From NCBI RefSeq assembly GCF_000007005.1, contig NC_002754.1: a stretch of DNA of 64,000 nt. The stretch is one strand, 5' to 3'. The notes below the pieces were generated by a model. That model was not told the DNA's origin, made no database searches, and saw only the letters and a program-made list of their open reading frames with translations. This document shows, piece by piece, positions 47,951-57,872 of the stretch (position 1 is its first letter; the number at the start of each line of letters is the position of its first letter). Made by a program: the position numbers and the translations under genes. The stretch comes from Saccharolobus solfataricus P2. GTDB lineage: Archaea > Thermoproteota > Thermoprotei_A > Sulfolobales > Sulfolobaceae.

Positions 47951-48595
47951 ATGGGGCTACTATTAGTTGATATAGGAATGAAAAAGCTATATAGCGTAAA
48001 GGTTAGAATATTACATAAAGGATGTTGGACTGAAAAAATAAAACAGTACAAGATAAGGACTATTAAGATCTCTCCTTACGGGAGCAAAAGAGTGAAAGTT
48101 ATAATAGCGTCACCAAGTCATCAGATAATAAAGGACTTAAAGGAGTCAGAAAACGTAAATGAAGTCATTAAATATAGAAAATTAAACGGCGGATATTTAA
48201 TTGAGTTTTCGGAAGATAAGGATAATACTATAGCTGGAATGCTATTAGAATTTGAAGACAAGATATTGAATTACTCTAACGTCATCAATAAGGGGGTTGA
48301 GTTTTGGGACTTCGTTGCTACAAGTAAGGGCGTTATAAATTCTCTTAAGGAGAGGTTTGGAATAGAGGACATCGAAGTTAAGGGGGTGAGTTTAGATAAA
48401 TTTTTAGGAAACGCGTTAACTGAGAAGGAGGTATTGATCTTAAAGATAGCATTAAATATGGGATACTTTAACTATCCTAGAAATATTAAGGCAAAGGATA
48501 TAGCTGAAATATTAGGTATTTCTAAACAAGACTTCCTTTATCATCTAAGAAATTCCATTAATAAAATAATTACCTCAATAGATTTAGACAAATAA
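47951..48595 (+). CDS. Transcriptional regulator with C-terminal bacterio-opsin-activator-like HTH
   Basis: LTEKE...ALNMGYFNYPR......IAEILGISK...HLR. Confidence 0.85.
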   Translation: MGLLLVDIGMKKLYSVKVRILHKGCWTEKIKQYKIRTIKISPYGSKRVKVIIASPSHQIIKDLKESENVNEVIKYRKLNGGYLIEFSEDKDNTIAGMLLEFEDKILNYSNVINKGVEFWDFVATSKGVINSLKERFGIEDIEVKGVSLDKFLGNALTEKEVLILKIALNMGYFNYPRNIKAKDIAEILGISKQDFLYHLRNSINKIITSIDLDK

Positions 48596-48737
48596 GCTCT
48601 ATATAATAATTTCTTTAAGGGAGTTTAAAATATTTTAAAAACTTCTCCTTTAACAGTGTATAATGAAAGATCGTAAAATCTTATCGTTACGAAATGTAAA
48701 GAAAAATAGATAGTTTTGTTTATTAATATATTTAAAC

Positions 48738-50138
48738 ATGGACGAAAAAAGAGAGCTAAAAAGAGAAGTATTGGGAACATGGCTAGTCGCGAGTTATGGA
48801 ATAGCCGCTAACGCACCTATAGCTGTAGCGACACTATATTTTGTTGGTATTGCAGGTTTAGCTGGAGGTTCAATGCCATTGGTTACAGTTCTCTCATATT
48901 TGATCTACGCCACAACGCTCCTAGTGGTTTACGAGTGGAGTAAAGATATTGCAGCATCCTACGGTTATCTCGCTATGATTAAGAAGGGATTGAATAGTAG
49001 CTTAGCAGCTTTCACTGTAGGGTACGGTTATATATATCAATATTTAGTTGCGGGAGCAGCAGGTTTCGGAGTATTAGGGGTAACTTCTTTCCTCTATCTC
49101 GTATCCCCTTCCATAGCCTCTAGTATGCCTTGGTTATGGGCTGTAATATCAGTAATCGTAACATTAGAAACTACGTTAATTATGTGGCTTGGCGTTAAAC
49201 CTGGAGGTATGTTAAATCTCATAGTGGGCTTAATATCTATAGTATACCTAATAATTACTTCCATAGCCCTTATCATTATAGCCGGAGATAAGAACACCTT
49301 AGCACCCTTTACAGCACAGCCGGTTAACGGAAATTGGGTGTTAATATTAACTTCAATGATATTCGGAATTACTACTTTTGGAGGTGCTACTACACCAGTA
49401 GGAGTTGCTGAAGAGGCGAAGGTACCTAAGAAAACTCTACCTAAAGCCTTATTATTGGAATTCTTACTGTTGGGAGTAGGGCTAATATTGAACGCTTACG
49501 CTCAAACCGTAGTCTACGGTGTAAATAATATGTTCAATTACGCTAATCTTCCAGATCCCATGGTGATAATATACAGTAAATATTTCAGTACCATTACAGT
49601 GTTAATACTAATAGTTTTAGTAGCGTTCATGTTCAACTCTTCCACCATAGCTTTTGCTACGAGTGGAAGTAGAATGATTTACGGAATGGCAAGAGATGGA
49701 GTACTATATCCTAAGATTTTCACTAAGATAAATAAGTACGGGGTACCAGGTAACGCCATTCTGTTAACCGGTATAATTACGGGAGCCCTCAGTTTGATAA
49801 GCGGATATATATTAGGACCTTTAGAGGCTAGCATATTTCTGATAACTTTCGGCTCTTTTTACGTGTCATTGGGCCATCTATTTGCCGCAATAGCGTTAAT
49901 TAGGCATAAGGTTAAGGTGAGAATGATTAATATCGTTAAACACGTTTTAGTACCTATAGTTTCCTCAATTGCTTATATTCTTACAATTTACTTCGGTACT
50001 TATCCCGCTCCAGCTTTCCCACTAAATATAGCGGTTTATGCGGCGTGGGCTGTACTCTTAATACACGTGATTCTATACTATATATTAAAATCTAGGAATC
50101 CAGAGGCCATTAAGAAGTTAGGAGATTTCAGTCTGTGA
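48738..50138 (+). CDS. APC-family amino acid/polyamine permease
   Basis: About 12 TM helices; AEEAKVPKK and SRMIYGMARDG motifs. Confidence 0.9.
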   Translation: MDEKRELKREVLGTWLVASYGIAANAPIAVATLYFVGIAGLAGGSMPLVTVLSYLIYATTLLVVYEWSKDIAASYGYLAMIKKGLNSSLAAFTVGYGYIYQYLVAGAAGFGVLGVTSFLYLVSPSIASSMPWLWAVISVIVTLETTLIMWLGVKPGGMLNLIVGLISIVYLIITSIALIIIAGDKNTLAPFTAQPVNGNWVLILTSMIFGITTFGGATTPVGVAEEAKVPKKTLPKALLLEFLLLGVGLILNAYAQTVVYGVNNMFNYANLPDPMVIIYSKYFSTITVLILIVLVAFMFNSSTIAFATSGSRMIYGMARDGVLYPKIFTKINKYGVPGNAILLTGIITGALSLISGYILGPLEASIFLITFGSFYVSLGHLFAAIALIRHKVKVRMINIVKHVLVPIVSSIAYILTIYFGTYPAPAFPLNIAVYAAWAVLLIHVILYYILKSRNPEAIKKLGDFSL

Positions 50139-50235
50139 TAAAATTTTAATTTCCTTTTTCATGCTTGATTTACACTTCCTTTTTTATTACTTAGTTAAAG
50201 GCTATACTTTAATATGGAAATGCGTTATCTAACTT

Positions 50236-50423
50236 ATGGAGCTTAACCTGATTAAAAGGTTTGAAAAAGAGTTCGGTGACAGATTTACAACTGATGAAAG
50301 AATTATAGAGGAGAAGTCGAAAGCCCCTTATTTGGTCTCTCCCATTCTCTCGAAAATGGGCAAGAAGGCATTGGGCGTTTTGTTTGCGAAAGACGAGGAG
50401 GATGTTTTAAATATATTGAAATT
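50236..50423 (+). pseudogene. FAD-binding oxidoreductase, 5' part interrupted by IS
   Basis: Removing the IS and one TSD copy joins ...NILK to LCDEYRIP in frame. Confidence 0.88.
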
Positions 50424-51862
50424 CAGTGGTGTTTCACCAAATTATTTCATTTGAAAGATATAATATTAGTCCTTTCAAAAAGAGATTGATATAGAGAAAA
50501 ACAATAAAATTATTATGAAACATAACATGTTAAGGTAATTTGCAAAAAATATAGCGTACAATTCTAATAATAAGAGGAGAATTCTGAATTTTTCTCACGT
50601 GGTGAAAACGACGTGCATAGTCTCCTCTGAACACCGAGAAAGTTAGAGAAGCTTGACGAATGAATCGAAGGACAAAACCTTCTTACACGTGGACTTGAAG
50701 TTAAAGAGAAGATGATTCACTAGATTCCACGCAGAATCCAGAACCGTGTAATAGAGGAACAAGAAGATCTTATTACTCAACTTCCTAACATACCTTATCC
50801 TTGCCTTCCTAACCTTGAAACCCTCCTCAACCTGCCACCTCAACCTATAGAGTTCAGCCAGTTCATAGGGATCTCCCTCGAAGTTCGTCACGAACATAAA
50901 GTGCCTCGGCTTTCCCTTAACGTAAACCACATCGTAATAATAAAGCCCTTCAAATTTCAAGACCCTATACGCAACGTAAACCTTGTCCTTAACCTCGTAT
51001 CTCTTCTCAACTAATGGAACGTTAGATAGTTCCTTGAATCCCTTCAAGTTCGACTTCCCTCTCACAATGGTCTTCACGGGCATTTCCTTGATGACCCCTA
51101 GGTTCAAGAATCCGGCGTCAGCTACAACGTAATCTATTTCCATGTATTGGCTTACTTCCCTCACGCTCCTGAGTAGGAACTGTGATGGACTGTCGCTTCT
51201 CAAATCTGCTACCTCCACTAGGAGGGGTAACCTTAAGGGATATACGAGGTCCAAGGATCTCATCTTTACTCCTTTTCTCTTCCAGTTGTAGAGTAGAAAG
51301 CCCTCTGCTTTTTCTTGTTCCTTTTCTCCCACGGTTAATCCGGTCTCATCTACAGCGACTACGTTGATCTCTCCCTTTACTTCTCTGTAGATTGGGTAGA
51401 ACTTGAAGGTTCTCTGACCTTTACTAATTACTTTCTCGCCTCGTCTTACTACCTTCAAGTAGTATTTTCCTCTGTTTCCGGTTAGCAAGGATGGTGCTGC
51501 TTTCACTATTTCCGGGTCTAGATCTTGAGAGATAACGTTAATATTGTTTGTTGCTAAATTTATAGCGAGGGACTTCAGCTCCGTTTTGGATACTTGTATG
51601 GTTTGCATAACGGAGTTATGGAGTCCCTCGCTTTAACCTTTTCTTGTTCATCTCGTCCTTCCACCTACTTTCCTCTATTGATAATACTAGACAAATGGTA
51701 TTACTCTTTATATATAAACTCGTTTTCTGTTAGTTTCTTCAACAAATATGAAAATTTTTTGCTTCTTGTGTTGAAATAAGCCGATTTTTCTAACTCCGCT
51801 CTGATATTTTTCTCTTCCATAGAAATTGTATCATTTTGAGTAAAATTGGTGAAACACCACTG
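50424..51862 (-). mobile_element. ISC1439-type insertion sequence (ISH3 family)
   Basis: Exactly 1439 bp; TIRs CAGTGGTGTTTCACCAA / TTGGTGAAACACCACTG; 9-bp TSD ATTGAAATT at 50415-50423 and 51863-51871. Confidence 0.93.
50643..51608 (-). CDS. DDE transposase of the ISC1439-type element
   Basis: 321 aa; AVDET, VADAGF, YRLRWQVEEGF. Confidence 0.92.
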   Translation of the reverse strand: MQTIQVSKTELKSLAINLATNNINVISQDLDPEIVKAAPSLLTGNRGKYYLKVVRRGEKVISKGQRTFKFYPIYREVKGEINVVAVDETGLTVGEKEQEKAEGFLLYNWKRKGVKMRSLDLVYPLRLPLLVEVADLRSDSPSQFLLRSVREVSQYMEIDYVVADAGFLNLGVIKEMPVKTIVRGKSNLKGFKELSNVPLVEKRYEVKDKVYVAYRVLKFEGLYYYDVVYVKGKPRHFMFVTNFEGDPYELAELYRLRWQVEEGFKVRKARIRYVRKLSNKIFLFLYYTVLDSAWNLVNHLLFNFKSTCKKVLSFDSFVKLL

Positions 51863-51871
51863 ATTGAAATT

Positions 51872-52922
51872 ATGTGATGAGTATAGAATTCCATTAGTGC
51901 CAAGAGGTGCGGGGACTTCTACTATAGGGCAAGTCCTTCCTATTTACTCCTCAATTATATTAGACATGAATGATATGAAGGAGGTTATAGAGATTGATGA
52001 CAAATGGGTTAAGGTCACTCCCAGCGTGAAGATTTTAAGGACTTTAGATTACTTAAGGAGAAGGGGGAAGGAGTTAAGGGTTTACCCTAGTAGTTTTTAC
52101 ATCGCGACATTAGGGGGATACATAGCCGGAGGAGATGTTGGTATTGGATCCTTCCAGTACGGTTATCATTTCGATAATAACGGTATTAATTCCGTGAGAG
52201 TTTTAGGAGTCACCGGTAAGTATACTTTAAATGGAAAGGACACTTTAGCAGTGGCTCAAGCAGCAGGTACTACTGGAGTTATAACTGAGGCGGAATTGGC
52301 GATAATAGACTATGAAGACTGGAAAGATCAATTAATAAGGTTAAATGATTTAGAAGAGGTAGTGAAGATTTTAAAGAAGTTAGGAGAGTTTAGGAGTAAA
52401 ATTAGGAGAATCACAGTAGAGGATTATGAGGCATTATCCTTAGTTGGGAAGGATAGGTTAGATAAAGTAGGGAAGTGGAACGTTATAGTAGCGAGTACTT
52501 TAAGCTTCGGAGAGGAGGTTAATTTGAGGTTTTTAGATGAGTTAGCTTTCGCTGCTATTTACGTTACGATGAGTAAGCTGACTAAATTTAAGGATTACTT
52601 TTACGAGGTTAGGTTGCTTTCTTTGGATAGCTTTCTGAGGGTTGTTAAACAAGTTAAAGAAGCTCTAAACTCTAACGTTTTAATACACGGTGATGTAATG
52701 ACTTTAAGAGGTGAAATAATAATTTATACTGTATTTATTTCTGATAAATCAAATTTTGAAATAATAGACTCGATAATGCTAAAGGAAGGGATACCGTTTG
52801 AAATACACTCAATAGAGGTAAACGATAGGGTTGATGAGGAATATAGACTTGAATTAATGAAGAAATACAAGCGAATTATGGATCCACATAATATTCTGAA
52901 TCCAGGGAAGTTGAGACTATGA
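51872..52922 (+). pseudogene. FAD-binding oxidoreductase (VAO/PCMH type), 3' part
   Basis: PRGAGTS, ATLGG, C-terminal DPHNILNPGK. Confidence 0.88.
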
Positions 52923-53809
52923 TGCTTAAATCATTAATTGATGCTATAGAAATACTCGAATCTAAGGACCCTTTAAATCTACTGAGAAGTAAATTAAAGG
53001 GTGTGGAGTACGAAGAAAAGAAAATAGGAGAAGTAACTTTCGTAAAGGTATATTACGGGAGTGGGGGAAGGGAAAAGGTTGAGATTTTAGGTAGATTAGG
53101 AGCAATTCAGATGCAAAACGCAAGCAAAGGATTGGTTTCAGATGCCGATGGTGCGATAGTAACATTAGCTGTACTTCTAGAGCTCTTAAACCTTAAGGAG
53201 AAGGGAATAGCTTTAGACTTAGACGTATCTTTCGTAACGAATATTTCACTTAACGCTAAGCTAATTCCCCATCAACCATTTAACTTTATGGTACCTCTTA
53301 TAGGATTAGATGAGGCGTTAAAGGAAGAAGTAGACCCTAAGGCTGGCCTAATCCTTTCTATAGATTCAACTAAGGGAAATAGATTAGCTAAGTTTGATGA
53401 CTTCGCTCTTACACACGTAATTAAGGACGGTTATATATTGAAATTAAAAGATGAGGTAATAGACATTTATAATAGAGTAACTGGACATGAAGTGTATTTA
53501 GTTTCTTTAACTACGGGCGATCTAACTCCATTAGATTTCAATGTTTACCATATAAGTACTTTAATTTCCCCTTGGCTGTATACGGATTCACCAATAATCG
53601 GCATAGCTACTGTTTCTAAGCAGATGATTCCTGGTTACGTTACGGGGGTTCAAGACATAGAAATGTTAGAACACGCTTCTAGATTCTGCCTAGAAATGCT
53701 AAAATACGTTGAAGGTGGAGGTAAGGTCTATGACGAGAACGAGTTAAAAGAATTAAAGGAGAAGTTAGGAGAATCTAACCTACAGAGGGTAAAGAAATGG
53801 AAAACGTAA
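52919..53809 (+). CDS. DUF1177-like protein
   Basis: VSDADGA, SIDSTKGNR, YHIS motifs; operonic position. Confidence 0.75.
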   Translation: MMLKSLIDAIEILESKDPLNLLRSKLKGVEYEEKKIGEVTFVKVYYGSGGREKVEILGRLGAIQMQNASKGLVSDADGAIVTLAVLLELLNLKEKGIALDLDVSFVTNISLNAKLIPHQPFNFMVPLIGLDEALKEEVDPKAGLILSIDSTKGNRLAKFDDFALTHVIKDGYILKLKDEVIDIYNRVTGHEVYLVSLTTGDLTPLDFNVYHISTLISPWLYTDSPIIGIATVSKQMIPGYVTGVQDIEMLEHASRFCLEMLKYVEGGGKVYDENELKELKEKLGESNLQRVKKWKT

Positions 53810-54560
53810 TTAAGATATTATCGGAATTGGTATCTTTTAAAACATATAACTCTCCTGGAAAAGATTACGATAAAATAGCTTACTATCTAAGGGATCTATT
53901 TGAAAGTATAGTTTTTCTGTTGAGTTAATTGAAATACCAGAGGAATATTTAGATAGAAATTATATTTATTCTCCAAGACATAAAGGAAATAAAAGGATAA
54001 TAGTTTTAGCTAAAAATAATGATGAGCCTTTAATTCACTTCAACGCTCATTACGATGTTGTTCCCGCAGGTAACGGATAGTTAACAGATCCCTATAAACT
54101 GAAATTGGTAGGTGATAAGGCTTATGGAAAAGGAGTATCGGACATGAAGGGAGGAGTAGTTAGTATGTATTTAGCCTTAAGTGAAACTAAAAGACCAGTG
54201 GAAATTTCACTGGTCCCAGATGAGGAGAGCGGAGGTATAGGTACTAAATATTTAACTGAAGTGAGGAAAATAAGAGCTAAATACGTAATCATAGGTGATC
54301 CTAGCTTCCCTAATATATACATAGGGCATTTGGGAATAATAAGGGGTGTTATTAGGCTTATTGAGAAACAAGCTCACGCAAGCAAGACTAAAGAAGGAGA
54401 AAATGCTTTCATAAATGGGGCAAAATTAGCTTTAGAAATACAGAAAATTTATGGTGTTAAAGAAGTATCGTTAAATCTAGGCGGATATACGATCAACTCT
54501 TCAGATAATGATGGCGTAGTTCCGGGGGAGTTTGTTTTCAGTTTCTACAGAAGTACTTTA
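53797..54560 (+). pseudogene. M20 (ArgE/DapE-like) peptidase pseudogene
   Basis: HFNAHYDVVP, GKGVSDMKGG, PDEESGG; frameshift near 53910, TAG after AGNG, 3' end lost at the MITE. Confidence 0.88.
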
Positions 54561-54869
54561 CAGAAAAATGAAAGCCTCGCCATTCACGGTAGACTCAAAA
54601 TCACCTCCTTAAGCGTTTCTACTAGATGGAAAAATTCTCTGGATCAATATCCTATTTGAAGATTATTTTGGGAGGAGGTTGTATTATAATCTTGCTTCAT
54701 CATGTAGTAATGCACCTTCTCCCTCACCTTAAACCTTTCTCCAATTTATTAAATCTTTCATATTGTTACAAATTTCTTATCTTTATGAATAATACATTAT
54801 TATATCAAGGTTATTTTTTGTAATACGATTTTTGGGTCTACCATAAAGTGCGAGGCATTCATTTTTCTG
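54561..54869. mobile_element. MITE-like element copy 2 (complete, 309 bp)
   Basis: ~43-bp imperfect TIRs starting CAGAAAAATGAA; flanked by TA on both sides. Confidence 0.8.
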
Positions 54870-54908
54870 TAAAATAGTTATCACGTTAAATTCAATAAAA
54901 CCGTGGAG

Positions 54909-55976
54909 TTAAACTAACTTTTCCATAATTTCCGTTAACTTATTTGCGTGGTTTCTCCAAGAGTATTTCTTACTTGTTTCTAAAGCGTTAATTGAAAGGC
55001 TTCTTCTAAGCTTGTGATTCTCCAAAACCTCGTTTATTCTGTCTACAGCCTCCTTCCAATCTTTTACCACATAACCGTTTTCCCCTTCAATTACGAATTC
55101 CTTTCCTCCTAATCCGTCATTTGCTATTACAGCCGTACCATTACATAGAGACTCTAAGACAGCCATACCTGGTCCTCTTTCATTAAATCCAAAGCGTATA
55201 GTTAAGGACGCTTTTTTATAAAGTTCCCTCAGTTTATCTTCACTAATATTGCCAGTTACTATAACTTCTGGGTATTTTCTTTTAAACTCCTCCATAGTAT
55301 CCCTTCTTGCCCAAGATCCCGCCATTATTAGCTTTCCCTTTATTCTTTTAGCTATCTCGCCGTAAATTTCTGGTTTCCTCCCCTCATCCCACATTGACAC
55401 CGTTAGAACGAAATTTTCCTTGTCTTCTTCAATCTTATCTATTGGATAACAACCTGGATATAACACTTCAGCTTTTATACCTTTATCCTCTAGGATTCTT
55501 TTGTTCCATTGTGAATTTGTAAGAACGATTTTAGCGTCTTCCAGTACTTTTCTTTCCATTACTTTAGGTATTAAATATTTAATACCCTTTAAAGTTAAAG
55601 AAGTTTCATGAAGGTATATAGCGTAATCTTCTCCATCAAATACCTTACGTAAATAACCAGTAATCCCAGCAAATTGATCGTGAAACAGTGCGGGACCCTT
55701 AATAATTCTAGACGCCTTAACTATAAGATCTAAATCCACAGTTGCCTCATCACCCCTATTTTTAGCGTAAATTTCCGTTATCCTCCTAAAGAGAGGTGTG
55801 AGAAATCCTTTCTCTCCTTTCCTTCTCAAGAATTCAACGTATATTCCACTGAGATCGTAATTGTAGAAGGATTCTCTATATACTAATAATTTAGCCTTAG
55901 CGTTCCTAGCCTGTTCCACTGCAATTCTGGCAACTCCTCCATTCCATAAAACTCTTAAAGCGATGGTAAACATCAC
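54909..55976 (-). CDS. GT4-family glycosyltransferase
   Basis: GGVAR N-terminal motif; ERGPGMAVLESLCNG acceptor motif. Confidence 0.88.
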   Translation of the reverse strand: MMFTIALRVLWNGGVARIAVEQARNAKAKLLVYRESFYNYDLSGIYVEFLRRKGEKGFLTPLFRRITEIYAKNRGDEATVDLDLIVKASRIIKGPALFHDQFAGITGYLRKVFDGEDYAIYLHETSLTLKGIKYLIPKVMERKVLEDAKIVLTNSQWNKRILEDKGIKAEVLYPGCYPIDKIEEDKENFVLTVSMWDEGRKPEIYGEIAKRIKGKLIMAGSWARRDTMEEFKRKYPEVIVTGNISEDKLRELYKKASLTIRFGFNERGPGMAVLESLCNGTAVIANDGLGGKEFVIEGENGYVVKDWKEAVDRINEVLENHKLRRSLSINALETSKKYSWRNHANKLTEIMEKLV

Positions 55977-56024
55977 ATATTATCTAAAAAAGGGCGTAAA
56001 TATAAAAGTTAACCTAACTTTCTC

Positions 56025-56134
56025 CCGTTTGTCCTTACACTTTCATTTCACTCATTTTATTAAGTGTAGGGACTTAGCCCTCAACCACCTTTTAGGTGGG
56101 TCATGGGAGCCCAACAGCACGGGGCTCACATCTC
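56025..56134 (-). mobile_element. Orphan right-end fragment of an IS607-family tnpB element (omega/reRNA region)
   Basis: Reverse complement aligns with 62521-62652; identity stops at GACAAACGG. Confidence 0.8.
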
Positions 56135-56229
56135 TATAATTTGGGCATAGCCCACATCGGTGTGAGAGATCATCTTTTTATCAACAAAAGCATTATAAAC
56201 TAATATAAAAAGTTTTCTATTAACATGAA

Positions 56230-56798
56230 GAGTGTGTCCAATTATTTTTGTTTTTTGTATAAAATTTTAGTAGGGCGGTGAGATGGTAATATAATATGAG
56301 AAGCAAGTTGGAACGCCTCATCGCCCTTAAGTTATGTTTTTCATTAAACATTTCCCCTCGTACTAGGGATGAAGTTGCAAGAGTTTTATCAGCCTGTTGA
56401 GGAGGGTCGAGGCATTATTTCACGTATTGTGTCGGAGGAAGTTGGGCGAGTACCCTCACCCTATGCTTTTGATGAGAATTAGGGTAGTCAATAACTCAGT
56501 TTATTGGGTCGTGAGGGATTTAAACACGGTATTTGTGGTCTGAGACTAGGATTAAACTTTGAGGGATTAAGCTTGACTGGTAAAATACTTCACGACGGTG
56601 GACCTTGGTATACTTTCTGCTTTTGGTGCAAAGCATGAGACATTCAGTGAACTTGGTAGAACAAGCAGAAGTTTGAAGTTAAGGCTTGCAAATTGGTAAA
56701 CACTTCCTACACAACGCTTCAATAATGAGGTGGATTAAGACGTTCTTTACTTTATACAACCTATTACAACAAGGTGAATAAAATTGTTGGACACACTC
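56230..56798 (+). mobile_element. Internally deleted IS, probably IS5 family
   Basis: TIRs GAGTGTGTCCAA(T/C)(T/A)ATTTT 569 bp apart; interior full of stops; no TSD seen. Confidence 0.65.
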
Positions 56799-56844
56799 GC
56801 TGAGTAGTACAAAAATTTATTAAAACGTAGGCTTAAAATAACGT

Positions 56845-57078
56845 ATGGAAAGTCGCAACGTGGTTCTAAACTTTAACTCTGTGAGTAATGCTCAAACCCC
56901 TTACACTACTTACTCCTTCTCTTCCTCAAATACAATTGTTATTGATAACAAATCTGGCATCATAATAAGGTTCAAGCCTCACTGGACAAGAGTGGAGTAC
57001 CACGAAGGAAAGGTAATTATTTACCGAGACGAAGACGGAAGCGTAAGTATCGTCGAGGTAGAATACGAAGATGAGTGA
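56845..57078 (+). CDS. Hypothetical small beta-rich acidic protein
   Basis: 77 aa; TATA-like TTTATTAAAA upstream; first of three overlapping ORFs. Confidence 0.65.
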   Translation: MESRNVVLNFNSVSNAQTPYTTYSFSSSNTIVIDNKSGIIIRFKPHWTRVEYHEGKVIIYRDEDGSVSIVEVEYEDE

Positions 57079-57490
57079 GGCCGTTTATACATTTGACGTG
57101 ACTCTAATTAAACCTACCGTGTTCAAGTTCACAATTGGGGAGGAAATAGTCACCGTAATGCTTTATCTCATCCCTCAAGCTGTTATAATTTCAGAAAAAG
57201 AAGAAGAAGGAAAGAAACTTCCCTCAGTAGTATCGATGGGCACCCTCACTGTAGTGTCTAATAAGCCAAAAATGGGTGAGTTATGCTCTGCAGATAAGTT
57301 CTCAAGGCACACGCCTTTTATTCCAAAAATAGAAATTGTGAGCAATGGAGTGACTGAGGTTAAAGTTAACTATATGAAGATTAAGATTAGCGCAAAAGTC
57401 ACTAACGTTAACGTTTACCCAGATTTGAGAGATAGTTTGGGAAACCCGTGTGTGAACGTTTCATGGATTCAATTGATAAGTGTAGAATAG
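57071..57490 (+). CDS. Hypothetical beta-rich protein
   Basis: 139 aa; overlaps the upstream stop. Confidence 0.7.
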   Translation: MSEAVYTFDVTLIKPTVFKFTIGEEIVTVMLYLIPQAVIISEKEEEGKKLPSVVSMGTLTVVSNKPKMGELCSADKFSRHTPFIPKIEIVSNGVTEVKVNYMKIKISAKVTNVNVYPDLRDSLGNPCVNVSWIQLISVE

Positions 57491-57852
57491 AGTGCAAATT
57501 CGTTGAGAACAAGGATAAAAGGGAGTTTCTTGCTGAAAGGCTTAACAATCTCACGAGGTATTTAGAGAGAATATGCAGGGCTCTAAACGACGTCTGTAAA
57601 AATTCGGCAACAGTGTCTTGTTACCAGTGCTTTGACGAGGTAAACAAGGCTTATAATACTGCCGTCTGTGAGGATTCGTGCAAGGGGAAAAGTAGGTTAT
57701 CGTTTTGCTTCTTACTGAGTGAGGGGCTAATACTTAATGTTATAGCAGAAGACGAAGGAGGATGCAGAACAATAATTACTTTTTACCCCATTAATAGAGA
57801 CCGTGAAAGGACTATAGAAAAGAAGTGCGATAAAATATTCAACCAGGTTTAA
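57448..57852 (+). CDS. Hypothetical Cys-rich protein, possible BrnT/RelE-like fold at the C-terminus
   Basis: About 12 Cys; C-terminal LILNVIAE...IITFYP strands. Confidence 0.55.
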   Translation: MCERFMDSIDKCRIECKFVENKDKREFLAERLNNLTRYLERICRALNDVCKNSATVSCYQCFDEVNKAYNTAVCEDSCKGKSRLSFCFLLSEGLILNVIAEDEGGCRTIITFYPINRDRERTIEKKCDKIFNQV

Positions 57853-57872
57853 ACGAGAGACTATAAGTGAAG

